64,000 nucleotides of DNA from Amoebophrya sp. A120 (Eukaryota > Protista > Dinoflagellata): NCBI GenBank assembly GCA_905178155.1, contig CAJINV010000007.1:2647151-2711150 (forward strand), given 5' to 3'. Shown in pieces: positions 47,307 through 60,920 of the stretch. The translations under genes and the position numbers were made by a program. Numbering within the stretch: position 1 is the stretch's first letter; the number at the start of each line of letters is the position of its first letter. Below the pieces are notes generated by a model. That model was not told where the DNA came from. It did no database searches and saw only the letters and a list, made by a program, of their open reading frames with translations.

Positions 47307-49803
47307 TCAATCCCAGCGCAGTCTCAGTTTTAGTGACTCTTTGTGACAAATCGGACACACATTGCTTGCCGACGAGCAGCCGGCACACAGCACGTGTCCA
47401 CAGTTTGCAAACGCGACATTGGCCACGTGGAGGTAGCAGACCTGGTCGTTGGGAGGTTGTTTTTTTCTTTTCGCGTCACACATGCAGATAGAACCACCAC
47501 ACGGAGTTCATTCCTACTTCATGCCAACTCTAAACTTATGGCTATGTAAGAAATAGAAGTGCGCGACCACATGTTGAGAGTGAACTACAGCAAGCCAAAT
47601 CAAACACTTACCTTGCAGACCGGTTTCACATTTGCCAGCTGGTTTCTCAATCTCGCCTGCAACAGACTTTCGGAGGGGAAGAACAGAATTTTGTCATCCA
47701 GGCTCGTGCAGACCTCTTCTTCAATAATCCCATCGTCTCTGCCACAATCCGAAGAGAAATTTGGTTGCCCCTGATCCTTTGCCCGGAGGTTTCGCGCCAG
47801 CAGCTGCTGTGGCGTGTTTAGCGAAGATGACGCGCTGCTGTTGCTTGAAGCAGTTCCACTTGCGCCGCAGCTGGACGTGCAGGAGGTCCCGGTCCCGGGC
47901 GACGTCGGCGTGCCGCAGGTCGTGGATGGCTCTTCGTCGGTTGGCGTTCCGTTCTTCACGCCAACATTTTCGTGCAGCATCAACGTGTTCCCGGAACTAG
48001 AGCTGGCAGTGGAGGAGCAAACGAGACTACTACTTTGAGCTTGTTCTAGTGGTGAGTCGTGATTGCTGGCATCCTTGTTCGGTGGGTAGACGACTGATGA
48101 TGTAGCTTCATCTGCTAGTACATCCACTTTTCTAGTACTTTCCGATGCCGCGTTCCACCTCTTCACAGCCGGAGCAAAGTTCGAAGTGCCAAAAGAAGAT
48201 GTTGCAGCAACACTACTAGCAGATGGCAGCAACTTCACGCCGGATGAAATCACGTCCTCCTGCTCTTCTTCCGCACAAACAGCCCGGAGTTGCTCTTCCA
48301 ACCCGCATTCTCGGTTCGACTCCTCGCTGCTGCTCGAACTCACGTCGGACTTCGAATGACTTCTAGGTGACGAACTGCTACAACTGGAAGACGATGCTGC
48401 CGCCCTGCTCTCAGGGCCGTCCTTCGTCTTTCCCTTTCCCGTGGTTCTGGTTATCGGCGACAAGGAGGTTCTCTTTGGCGATGGCAGTGACGCGAAGGTC
48501 TTCGCAAACACCCCGCAACAGCCCCAGGAGTGGTCGTCTTGAACAAAGGCTGGGGCGGTGGAAACCAGCGGCCCGATTTCTAACTCCTGTCGGGAAGATC
48601 TCCGAGAACTGCTGCAGCTTGGGGAGTTCATTCTGTGCTCCTGCTGCACGATTTGGATTTCATCTAACCGCTGCTTCCGCCAATCGTTTCGGTTTTTTAT
48701 TTCACACGAGTTTTCTTCATGGCAGTGATCATCCTGTTGTAATTCATCAATCACAGAGGAAGATTCTGTTTCTCTACTGTTCCCTCCGAGGACAAACTCT
48801 TCCTGTATTGACTCTCCCTCCTCCACTACTTCCTGCACCAACTGCGGTTTTCCCCTGGCGCTGCGGTCCAATGACGCCCACCCGACGGCAAAGGAGACTT
48901 CTGATCGAAGGAACAAGCATCGGACCGTTCCGCACTTCGTCACCCGCAGCGGCCCGGGCAGTCTCGTGACGATTTCGTTCGCAAAACAATCCTCCACATC
49001 GTAGGCTTTTTGGTTCAAGATCACCATCTCGGCGAGGACGGAGAGGTTCAGTTTGCGGCTCTCCTCAACTTTGTACTTCTGCCATTCCCACTTCATAAAC
49101 GAGGAAGAGGACGTTGATTTGTTGGCACCATTCGTATTGTGGTTCATCTTGTCCGACGATTTACTGTTGTGCGAGGTTGTTCCAAAAACCGGCTTCAGCC
49201 AGCAGTTCGGGGGTAACAGCGTGATCTGGTCTGCGTGCACCCAGCCGGCGATGGGATCGACATAGACAAGGATCTAGTTGTTTGAAATAAACGACATATC
49301 AAAGTCAACATGATTCATGCACGCTTGTTTCGTCATGCATGAAATTGAACCATCGACACAATCGCACCAGCTGCTCCGCATCATCTTCAACCTATAGCAG
49401 GGTTAGAGTAATGCAACAACACAAAGACCCTCTGTACCTGCTTACTCCCTCCTTCCAAGGAGACTTCTTTGTCGTACAACTGCGTGACCACCACATCCGC
49501 ACCGATTTCCGCGATTGCGTTTGACCCAACGCTTCCCGGCCGGTTGTACAGTAACGTGGGTGTTCGGACGCGATACCGGGGAAGCAACTCTCCGAAGGGG
49601 ACCGCATCTTCCACGATAGCAGGTGCAGCTTGGGTGGGACGTCCGGACGTCCTCGATTTGGAAAGTACTTCCGTCGGGGGTGCAGAGGTTCTATCCTTAG
49701 GTCGTGACAACTTTGCAGTTGTCCTCGTTGTGGGTCGATTTGCATTTGTTGTGGTGCGGGGAAGCCTGCAGAGGCCTGGTTCCGGGGTGCTGTGAATCGC
49801 CAT
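47307..49803 (-). CDS. C-terminal C3HC4 RING-finger protein (putative E3 ligase), multi-exon
   Basis: A GT-AG intron at 47442-47611 joins ORF 47600-49240 to an unlisted 135-nt terminal exon, giving PVCK|VCYLHVANVAFANCGHVLCAGCSSASNVCPICH...WD*. The first exon comes from ORF 49387-49803. Confidence 0.85.
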
Positions 49804-52202
49804 TATGCGGCCGATGCGCTTCGTCTGGCAACAGAAATTCTCTACCGGAAAGTCGCGTGGTCCTCCTTACTATTTCTTTGATATTGAATGGCAATGATTT
49901 TTCTTTTCCATATAATTTCAGTAGATAGGATTAGGTTTAGTATAGCATCCCCCTCTCATTAAATATAAACCAAGATTGGAACAGAAAAAGGTCCTCGCTG
50001 CCCTCGCTCCTTCAACTTCCTCACGTCAAGCTGGCTCTGTCCTCCACTCATCAGGCAGAGGCAATACTGCGTGTGCTATATATTCAAAAGTGCGCGCTGG
50101 TGCGCCTTACCAGCCAGGATGGCAACAAACAGAAGGGCGCAACAACACCAAAATGCAGAATGAACATGAAGCGCCCACCATTAAAAGATGGGGCGACTAA
50201 TAGATTGCCACACGCAAGCGCCACGGCTACTGTTGTAACAACTCAACATCAGAACCAATGCAGAGCTGGGCGGCTGAATTTGTCACCAATCGCGCCGGGC
50301 GGGCCTCGCACTGAGCGAAGAAATGGCGCGCGGCTGGTAAACCAGGCCGAAGACCTGCCGCAGGACAAGAACACAAGGGCCACTAGACCATGGCCGCGCG
50401 AAGGAACGAAGGTCGCCAGAATGTGGCCCAGACCCCAGCGCCAGCGCGCCCGTCTCATGCGCGCGCGCGCGAAATAAACAAACACGGGGGGGGCGCCATG
50501 TGGTTGGGCGAGGGGGGCCCCGCACGACCTGGCCCCGCATACTGGATGAAAAGCGGGAGCCCGGCCGCCCCCGCCCCCACCACCGAACCCGGCGCCACCA
50601 CACTGCAGAGGCCGGGCGGCAGGGTCCACCGGGCCAGGCCAGGAGGAAAGCCACAGCGGGGCAAGAACAACCGCAGCGCGTAAGCTCTCGCCAATGGCGT
50701 CGCCGGCTTGCCCTCTTTCTATCTAAGGCGGGGAGGTCGGCGGCCTCGCCAAAGGGACAAAGCTCGAAAGTTTTCTTCGTTACTCCTGCAAGACGCGGCC
50801 TTTTTCATGGCCTTCATCACGGGCTTTTTCGTGTTCTGCTTCGGAACCAAGATAGAACAAGGCACCGGGGCCCCTCCGCCACCCCGTGGGACGGACACAC
50901 GGAGGCGGGGGGCGGCGCCGCCCGGGGGCGGAGTGCATAGACCGCGCCCCCTCGCGCCACCCCTCTAATACGCCCGCGGGCCCCGGCAGCGCGAGCCGCC
51001 GCCGGGCGGGGCGCCACCCGGAGCGCCCCCAAACAATCACGGGGCGTCTACAACCGGGCTGGCCCCCGCATCAAAGAGGGAGCGGAAGCCGGCTCGGCGC
51101 AAGCGGTTCGCCAGAAAGGCCGGGGGCGCCGGGGAAACCTTCGGGCGGTCCGCCTTGTCCTTGCTTGCTCGCTTTTGCGCCGGCCTGTCGCACTTGCGGG
51201 TCGGTCCGTTTCGCTAAGAAACGGGCCGCGTTCTGGGGGTCCACACGATCTCGGACGGGCTTTTCGGGCGCTGGCCCCCGCCCTTCCACCTGCTCTAGTC
51301 CCTCCAGGCCCTGCCGCGAGTCGTTCCCCACACGGGACGGGCGGGACGCAGAGGGGCTCGCGAATCAGCGAAGGGCGCCCCCCCCTGTCAGACGGGCAGG
51401 CGGGGCGGCCTATAACAAACCACCGCCGGGCCGATGGATGGCCTACGGCCCCGGGGCCGCGCCGCTACGCTCCCGCGGCGCCGCTACTTCGTCGCGCACG
51501 CCCGACGCGCCGGCGCACGCCACTGGCGGGCAGCGCTTTCGCCTTCCCCCACCGCAGCGGCCTGCCCCTCGCCTATTAACCCAAAACAGCGCGGGCGCTG
51601 TCTCAAGCGCCCGCCCTTCGCGTCTTTTTGTCGTAGCTTAGTATATGAGGCAGACTCGAGTCAGTGCAACTGTAACAAAACTCTGCACTGAAACACCACG
51701 TGAGAGCAAAACCATCGCTCGACGTCGAACAAACAGCGGCAAGTGATTTTTTCGCAGTGCCAGCAAGTACTTGACCGCTAAAGAAATCATCCCGGTGTCT
51801 GAATGCAGCGGGTCACATTAATATGCTCCTCGGCGCCCGTTACAAGTACAGTGATTTTCGCTTGTGCGGTGGTTTCATTCAAGCTAGCAGGAGTGTCGTG
51901 GTCCAAGATAGTTTTCTGATACGCGTGGGTAGAACTGGAAGTAGTCGTCGCCGAAAGCGATTAGCTACGGGGTAATACAGAGCACCTCTTTATCGTATCA
52001 TTCACTAGGTGGAGTGACATTTTGTAAGTAGTGGCGTACTGCAGTTTATTCTTTAGTTTTTTTACAATGGTGTCCGCAGTAAGAAGTACAAGTCGTGATG
52101 AACGTGAATCACGTACAATAGTCAAGATGAGAGTGAATTGAGAAAGTCGCGCGTGAATAGTCATCATAGTCTTGCGTAAAGTGCAGCACTACTGCATCCT
52201 CA

Positions 52203-55200
52203 TCACGAGAACAAATCAAACGGATTTCCCATGCTGTTGGCTGCTGCTGCTGCACCACCTGTATTGGTCGCGATAGAATTTGGCGGGCCGCCCATATCCA
52301 AAAACGGATTTCCACCGCCACCGCCCGTTTGCTGTGGAGCGGCAGACGCGGCCTCGAGAAACGGGTTCATCCCAGTGTTGCCAGGGACTCCCTGTATTTT
52401 TGTGTTCATTTGTATGTTCTTCGTGCATATCACGAGGCATCACCATCAGACAATAAACGTTGTATGCTAGAAAAGATGCATGGGAAAGCGAAATGTGGAA
52501 AAACGTTTTGAAAATCTGCCTCCATGATCTTTCATCATTACCATCGCCCCCAGGCCGGCGCCCGGGCTCAACTTATTCGCAGAGCTTCCAGAAGTAGTTC
52601 CCTGCCCGGCCTGCCCGCCTCCCGGTTGCTGCACGAAGGGATTATTTTTCATCTGCTTTGCCAGTTGCTCCTGCTGCATTTGGATATGTTCCTGCAGTTG
52701 TTGCATCTGCTGGGTCATTCGTGCGGAAAGTTCACGGCACTGGTCGGCGGAAAGGAGTTTCACGGCATCTTCGGTCAATGAAGGGACACTGATTGTCTCG
52801 AAAGGATTGCCACCTGATAAATGTGCAGCAAAGTGGCGTCATGAGTGGTGGTCAAACGTATCTATCGAACCTACAACAAGACAAGTGGCGTTGTTTCCCC
52901 TGCATACAGAGAATGAGAACCGTAGAAGTCTTGAAGTGCCTCATTTATCAAAACTCACGAAACATTTTCTTGATCAAAATCTGTACTCTGTATGGCCGGA
53001 TCCTGGAACATGCCGGAGTACGGGTTCCGTATCCTAGTGAAGTCACGCGCTGGCAATATCGACGCATTTGCCGCCATCAAGCCGGCGAACACATCCTCCC
53101 CACCCGCCAAAGAGCTCGAGCTCGTTGCTCCGCCGACGGTTGCGGTTGTGCCTTTTGAGGAAGGGGATTTCATCACTGCTTGTGGTCCACCTACTCCTGG
53201 CATGCCGCCAAATCCTGCTGGTAGGCCGCCACTGGCCGCTTGCCCGCCTAACGGGAACTGCAGGGTTGGGGTACTGGTGGCAGCGGTGCTGCCATAAGCA
53301 GACATCGCAGGTTGCTGGAATTGCTGCTGCGCTCCTGCTGCCATTTGCGGCTGCTGCATCATGCCGCCCATGTTCATCGCGCCCTGCCCAATCATGGGCT
53401 CGCTGCTTGTGAGCTGCTGTGGAGATGATCTTTGCTGCGGCTGCATCTGCATCATTGCACCACCTCCTGCACCGCCCATCTGTGGCGTCGTGTGCATCTG
53501 CTGCATTGCAGACATGCTGCCCGCTCCTCCCATAGAAGTTGCGCCAGGCATAGTCTGCTGCTGCTGCGGCTGCTGCTGCTGCATGGGTGAACTTTGCGGG
53601 AATCCAAAGCCGCCAGCACTTGGCGTCGCTTGCTGCTGTTGGGGAAAGCCGGGCTGCTGCTGTTGGGGAAAACCGGGAGCGGACTGCATCATGTTCATGT
53701 TGTTCATTGCACTCATATTCGAGGACTGCTGCTGCTGCTGCATCATGTTGCTCGGAGGCGGTGGCGGCGGCTGCGGTGTGCCGCCGAAACCCATGTTTCC
53801 CATGGGGTTATTCTGGTTTTGCTGCATGTTGTTCTGGGCCATCATGTTGTTGCCCATGTTAGCCATTCCACCGGCCATTGGATTATTTTGCATGCCAGTG
53901 CTCATCCCCATCATATTCATGCTACCCATTGCCGCGTTGTTCATATTATTGTTCATCCCGCTTGTTGAGCTGGTTGCCGGCGTGTTCATGTTCATCCCCA
54001 TCATGTTGTTAATCGCATTGAAATTAGACGCATTGGCATTGCTGTTGTTCATCCCTAACACCGCATTATTTCCACCTCCTGGAAAGGGTGCGCTCGGTGG
54101 CGGCGGCGGCTGCTGCATCATCATTCCAACAGGCGGCTGCGGCTGCGCTGACGACATGTCCATGGAGAGCAGATCGTCCATGAAATCACCTCCCCCGCCC
54201 CCGCCAACTTTCTTTTGCTTACTTGGCGTCCTCGAGTTGGGATTAAATCCTGGTCCCGACGAAGAAGTGGATTTCGTGTTTGTTTGCTGTGGAGGCGGAT
54301 TATTATCTGAGGGGAAAAACCCGAAATCTGCGTCGTTGTTTCCACCAGTGTTGCTGCCGAAATTTCCGTTGGGGTCGAAATCGTCAACCACCTGTCCTCC
54401 CTGCCGATTTTTGGAGGGCGAAGAGCGCGGGGACTTGCCGGTCGTGCGCGATGCGTGAGCAGGGGTGGAGTTGTTGTAGGAGCCGCGGTTGCTTGAGTGG
54501 TGGCTCGGGCCCCGGGGGATCCATCTGAAGTGGAGAAAGTGGATGAGCTTGACATATTTCTCGTTCTTTTATTCATGCAAAGCTTCGAGTCTATGTTTAG
54601 CCATTGACAGTAGGAAAACAAGCAAACATCTACAGACTACAAGCTAGTATACCTCCGATCCTTGTATTTGAGCCGGATAAACTCCCGGATTTTCGCGGTA
54701 TCCCCGGAGTCAGGCTCCGGGTAGTCTCGTGGGTTCCACTCAGCAGAGAAATACCCTGCAGCTCGCTGTGATGTTTCGCAGTTTCGGTTTTTACATCCAT
54801 GCTACGCATACGAACTCGCTTTTCATTTTCTTGTAGTAGCGAAAAACCAAAGCTGCAGGCTCGCGTCAAAATTTGCACTGCACTTGCGATCCTGGTGCAC
54901 GGACATCACGACTCGTTGCAAAAAAGAGCTGCCGCATCAAAAAAACAAACGCTTTTCACCTGATTTCCGCCCTTGGACACAATGTCATCGACTTCCTCTG
55001 GCGTCCATTTCGACACGGATATTCCTTTCACCTTGTGATTCAGCTCTCGGTGCACCCCGGAACAACTCGTGCACACGAACACCCGGTAGTCCTCCCCCAA
55101 AAAGCAGACGTACGTCGGGCCCATTTGCGTACAGTCCGCGCATTTTCGACTGCCGTTCTCGGTGCTGCGTTGAAAGGCCCGGATCCGCTCGACTAAATCC

Positions 55201-55235
55201 TTCTCGCTGTTCTTCTTCACGTTTACCTTGATCAT
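52203..55235 (-). CDS. ArfGAP of the AGFG/Hrb type with an M/Q/N-rich region and C-terminal NPF motifs
   Basis: CADC-x19-CTSC zinc finger, then SGVHR (catalytic Arg) and VKGISVSKWT..EV...GN. Four NPF motifs lie in the last exons. Confidence 0.9.
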
Positions 55236-56804
55236 CTTTGTAGGAGTTATTTTCTCTGTGGTTCTTGATCTTGACGAAATAGATACAGATAGGCGCGGGT
55301 ACGTTTACATAATATGAAAATCGGTCGTGACCGTAAGTAGGATCACACTTGGTTACTATTCTTGTACATTCAAAGTCTGTAGCTGTAATACCATCTTGGA
55401 TACTACGAGTGGAACTCAAAAATAACGTCAACTGTACTACGATCACAACAACTAAAAATGAAATCAGTTCAAATATGCTTCAGCTTGTAACTCCAGCATA
55501 GTATAGAAGTTCAGGGTCGCTGAATGATAATTTCAATGGGCATCGCAGCCGATAAAAGTTGTCGTGATTTCCAACTATAGTTCAAAGTTTGAGTATCGTC
55601 CATATTCTCCTCCTGCGTTTTTTTTTTTTCGAAAGATGACAGTGCCGACTGAAATATCGGCTTCAGTACAGTCCCTCCACCTCTCTACTGGATCGGACAG
55701 CAGTCGTGTTCTGCACTCGTAGCACGTGCTACTGCTATTATCAGGTGCAGCGTGATCTACTTCGCATTTGTCGGATCGAAAACAAAGTCTCAATATTTGC
55801 ATGGTATGCGCCGTGCTGTCTCAACATTCATCCTCTGTCCCGCCCTCGTCCCTCATTTGAATTGGATAATCACACCTTCAAATAATTCAGCGGCTCTGCC
55901 CTACTTTTGGCCAAAAACGCCCAAAACCACACGCCGGCTAAACACCAAGGCACATGATCATGCAGAACTCTTGCACAGCAATCCTGGAGGAGGTAGGGCT
56001 CGTTGCACGAAGGTCCATCCTCGAGATTCGGAAGGTATCGTGGTTTTCTTATTTTGCGCGAGGAGGTCGTCTTCGACGTGCCAGGGCCGACGTGATAATT
56101 TGTCAATTTCGTTCATTCTGCGTACTGGTTTTCATCTTCGTCTTCGTCTTCTCGAAAGGAATCAACTGCTTTCCCGTACACGCTATTTCGCATAGCCACA
56201 CGGATGTTGAAAGTGTTGTATACTTTTCATCTCCTTGTCGGGGAGATCATGAGCAAGGGCGTAATCATATGTTGGCAAGTATTCATTCACACAGAAGTTC
56301 GTAAGTCTTTCTCTTCGATTCTTTCATGATAGTCAGTACAGTGAAATTACAACCTCGAGTCTTGGTCATCTACGTAGCAGCCATTCGTTTCAATTCTGAA
56401 CCATTCCAAGCCTGCTCATCTCCTGTGGGGAGTGCTACTCGTCGGGCCCACGCCCACGCAAATAATTTCCTGCACGCAAATAAAGCAATCTCAAATTTCC
56501 TGGAAAAACAGATCCTTAAACCACGTTTGCGAGGCAATTTAAGGCGTAGCTTGCAAGTAGTATCGCTGAATCTCATACCATCGTATGTTGTCAAGAGATA
56601 CAACTTTGATGTAGTCTCCTATCCAGCCGTATGCTCCTGTAACTGTTCCTCGAGGCCGCCATACATTAATGCGCGAGTTGTTGTAGTACTAGAACAATAT
56701 CACTATCACCTTCAAATCCTATGTTACACGTCATCAGAACTTCCTACTAGGGCCGCGCAGGCTTGATCGTCGTTCATTTTAGAAGTCGCTTCGGAATTTC
56801 ATAG

Positions 56805-59177
56805 TCAAGCGGTGGTCGGCGGGACGTAGTCCAAGGGTCTGACCACCCTGTCGTCATCCAACGGCCCATACACCTCGACTCCGCTATCGACAATTCGAAT
56901 CCTGTAGGGTTTCCCGTTGTCCCAGGTTCGGATAATTTCCCCCTCCTTCCACCCGTCGCGGACTTTGGCCTGGACCCGCTGCCCGACTTTGAATCGGAGC
57001 GGAGCGCACACGCACTTGCGGAAGCCAGCCTCGAGCTCCTCGCGCTTCAGGTTTTTGCCAATGAAGACAAACTTGGAGACGCCTGTTGTAATTTTCGTTT
57101 CGACCATGATCGTGGGAGTACTATGGACGCTAAAAAACATGCCAGCAATCGACACCATCACTGTACAACTCATCTGATGAATCAGTAGCATAAAATGCAC
57201 TCTGACAAAAACGCTGTAAATCTTCTATAATCAAGTACGGCTCTCGTTGTCTTCTGCCCACTCGCCCTGGAAGTCGCCGTCAAAGAGCATGTGGACGCCC
57301 TGGAATACAAACTTTTGGTCAAAGCCCTTCACGGATAGGATGCCCTTATATCTGTAAAGCTCTTCGCCCTTGGTCTGGACCAGCTCGCCGATCCATTCTG
57401 TTTTGTTTTTCGATGACCATGACATGCGATTCTAATCTTCGGCAAGAAAAACTTTCTCTGGAGATACTTACTCCACCACGGTGTAGTCAAAATTACAACT
57501 GCTCTTGCACCACGATAAGCAACATACGCCACCGCGAGCTCAGCACAGCATACACAACCTGCAAGAAGAAAGCAAAAACTTCTCACAAAAAATCTGTACG
57601 TCTCAACTTGTTGAGGTCCATGTCCTCCCCGGGCTTGAGTTTTATCCCTACACTGCTGACCGCCAAGTCGTGTCTCGTTGTTGGCTTGAATTTTTCCTCG
57701 CCGTGTCCGTGCCCATGGCTCTCACCATGCCCGTGGCCGTGGCTGCTACTTTCATGCCCGTGCCCGTGCGACTCGTGTCCGTGCCCGTGGGACTCTGCCC
57801 CGTGGCCGTGCCCATGGGACTCGCCGCCGTGCCCATGCCCGTGGTCCTCGTGATCGCACACGCCGTTCTCGTGGTCGCAGTCCTCGTGCCCTTCGGCGCC
57901 CTTGAGAAAATCTGGGTCGAATTCCAGGGCCTTCTCGAGGTTAAATTTGTCGATGCCGATCAGCATCTTGGGGTCCACCTTGCTGTTCTGGCACTCAATA
58001 GTGTCGGCGAGCTGTTGGGATGGGAGAATTTCTGATGCTGGTGGGTTGCATGTTGCTACATAGTATGCTTATACCTCTTCTGCAAGTTGCGGAGGCTTGC
58101 CTTCTAATGCAGCAACACGATGAGTGAAGGGATTTTTATATATAAGTACGCGTTCTTTGTCATGCGGAAACAGCGCTGAAACTGAAACTCCAGTTCAACC
58201 TACTTAGTAGGCTTGTAGTTATACCTTGTTGATCGTTTTCAAGTCGTGTTTCAGCTGGGTGAGCTCGTTCTTTTCTACCAAATCGATCTTGTTCAGCAGA
58301 ATTCTGTCGGCGAAGGCCACTTGCTGCATCGCCTCATTTACCGCGCCCTCTGATATGTCGGTGTTGAAAAGGTGCTGCTTTACGTGCTTGGAGTCCACGA
58401 CCGTGATAATGCCGTCGACTTTACATCTCCTGGCCAAGTCGGGGTTTTGGTAAAACGTCTGCACAACAGGGCCCGGGTCCGCCATGCCCGTAGTCTCGAT
58501 TATGATACCTGTTTTCAAAAAAGTGAGAAGCTGTACGTCGGCGTGTCCGAGAATTTTTAAGTGAACAAGTGAAAAACAACAAACGAAACAGCACTCATTG
58601 TCATTCGACATGCAAAATCAAAAGCATCTACCCGAAACCGAATCACACAATGAAAATACCATCGAGCTCCTTTCCCAGGCTGAGAATTCTTCTGATCCCC
58701 TTGACCAAGTCTTCTCTTACGGTGCAGCACAAGCATCCATTGTCCATGGAGATCACCTCTTCTGCGAGTGACTCTTTCTTCTGGACAAGGTCGGTGTCGA
58801 TGCCTGTAGTTCATGTCAAGTAAGGCCTTAGTCCTATTAATTTCATTGTCATTCACGTTGATTGATGTCAGCAACCAACGAAAGGTGGAAGTGGTCGCGC
58901 TGCGATTGACAGCAGAAGAAGAACGGGTAGCACAAGCGAGTTGGAGGTTCATACATCATGCAAGAAAACGCAACACAAGTACAGAAAAATTCTCCAACAT
59001 ACCGATCTCCCCAAATTCGTTCTCGATAACCGCGAATTTCATGCCATGGTTTGTCGTCAGGATGTGGTTCAGCAGAGTGGTTTTTCCCGCACCAAGAAAC
59101 CCCGTGATCACCGTTACTGGGAGCTTCTGGTCGTGCGGGATCTCGTACATAGACGCCGCGGGGTTTACCTGCGCCAT
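56805..59177 (-). CDS. COG0523/CobW (ZNG1-like) G3E metallochaperone GTPase, multi-exon
   Basis: [41 protein letters not shown], a His-rich linker, and a CobW_C region (YRYKG...FQGVH...FVFIG). Confidence 0.95.
57698..57846 (-). repeat. Coding tandem repeat encoding (HGHGH-x-ES)n
   Basis: Six HGHGH units in ORF 57583-57978. Confidence 0.85.
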
Positions 59178-60197
59178 GTTTGTTGCCCCTATTTCTTGAA
59201 AATTAAAATTTTTAGTCAATACCAATGTACCCGAACCAAAAATATCGTCGAGAAGAGCCACAATGGAGGCTCACTAACAATGAAAGTGGTTTCACAATTA
59301 TGCAGTATAACAGGAGGGAATTCTTTATTATTTTCCCAGTGGAATAAAATTAGGATTCGTTTTTCAGAAGACAGCTTCACAATTTTGTCCTGTCTATTGT
59401 GGATGAGAAAGCAAATGCTGTTGCGTCTTGACAGATCTAGTACAGGATGTCAGTCGAATCGTCTTGAGCAGCGTCAAACAACACGTGCCAGCAACAGGTA
59501 CACCTAAGTTAGTACCGCAGTGGTACTCTGATCCCAATTTCAAACATTTCGATCGTTGGTGATGCAAGATCTTTCTTTTCTTTGGCCAAAAGTTTTTGTT
59601 TTCCAGATCTAAAATTTCATGCGCTTATGCGGAAAGAACAACACGCTACGAAGTATACCTCCTGATGTGGTGTTTTGACTACAATGGTCATGGTGTAGGT
59701 TGTAGTAATCGTAATTACACAAAATAGAACACACTTCAATCCCAAAATAAATCTCCTTTGTTTCTTTTTTCCTTGTTTCCTTTTTCTTTCCAATTCGCAC
59801 ACAATAATTATCGCTACGGGCCTTGAGCGCTAGCCTAAACCGGAACCGAAGTCCCAGCCTATCGATATGCGACCCGCTTGCCTGTCAGCGTCCAGAAAAG
59901 GTTCCACAGCAGTAAAAGAGTTTCCGGTTGAAATTTGTGATGTCTAGGTTCATTTTTTCTTTCGTCATATCATCGCGAAGTTGTAAAATGATCTTTTTTC
60001 TTGTGGCGCAAAAGCAAAACTGCCCACGTGTGCCGTTACGCATTACAGATTCCATTTTTTGAGATAATAATTTTCCTCAATTGAAGTGCGTGTTTCAGTT
60101 CTTGGACAATTGAGAATATGTTGGTTGTCGCGGGTTGTTGTGTCGCGGAAGTAGTCAGAGTTCAACCAGCTACTACTATGCTGCAATCCTTTGTCTA

Positions 60198-60920
60198 CTA
60201 CACAACCCCACACCCAGTGATCGTGACAGTTTTCCCGGGCATTTCCTTCGCGGCGTCGGGTTCGCACTTGAGAGCCACTTCCTTCAAAACCGATAGCGAC
60301 TCCTCGTCCGCAACCTTGCCGAAAACCACATGCTTCCCATCTAGTTTCGGGCACGCACCAAGAGTGAGGAAGAACTGGCTCGTGTTGCTATTTTTCCCGC
60401 TATTCGCCATGGATAACAACCCTGGTACGTCGTGTTTGAACTTCAAGCCCGGCTTCTCGTCGTTGAACTTGCCTGAGTAAATACTGTCGCCGCCGCTGCC
60501 GTCGAACCTTGTGAAATCGCCCCCGTGGAGAAACATATTCGGCACTATTCTGTGCATCGTGCTGTTCAGAAAATGCAGCGGCTTCTGGTGTCCTTTCCCA
60601 ATCCCTTTCTCCCCGGTGCAGAGCGCTCGGAAATTCTCCGCGGTTTTCGGACACTCCTTGTCGTTCAAGTCGATTTTCACCTGCCCTATCTTCGGGGAAA
60701 CCGGTTCCGTCGTTCTCACTATTGTGGTCGAGTCGGTTACCTCCCCTCGCATCACCTCCGCCAGCATTTCTTTCTGCTCCTCGTCGAGTTCTTTTGCGTC
60801 GGTCGGGCAACCGAAGGTCGCGCCGCGTTGCTTCACAAAGTCGGCAAACTGCGTGAATTCCTTCAGTTCCTGGTTGTAGACGGTCAGGTCGCCGACGGAA
60901 AACTCGAGAAAGACGCGCAT
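60198..60920 (-). CDS. Cyclophilin-type peptidyl-prolyl isomerase with an N-terminal insertion; intronless
   Basis: CPKTAENFRALCTGEKG, HRIVP, GGDFT..DGSGGDSIY, LSMANSG.NSNTSQFF and LDGKHVVFG. Confidence 0.95.
   Translation of the reverse strand: MRVFLEFSVGDLTVYNQELKEFTQFADFVKQRGATFGCPTDAKELDEEQKEMLAEVMRGEVTDSTTIVRTTEPVSPKIGQVKIDLNDKECPKTAENFRALCTGEKGIGKGHQKPLHFLNSTMHRIVPNMFLHGGDFTRFDGSGGDSIYSGKFNDEKPGLKFKHDVPGLLSMANSGKNSNTSQFFLTLGACPKLDGKHVVFGKVADEESLSVLKEVALKCEPDAAKEMPGKTVTITGCGVV

Noticed and set aside
53361-54458. 365-aa plus-strand Cys/Met-rich ORF
   Set aside because: It is the antisense shadow of the Q/M/N-rich ArfGAP exon (CAG repeats read as TGC).
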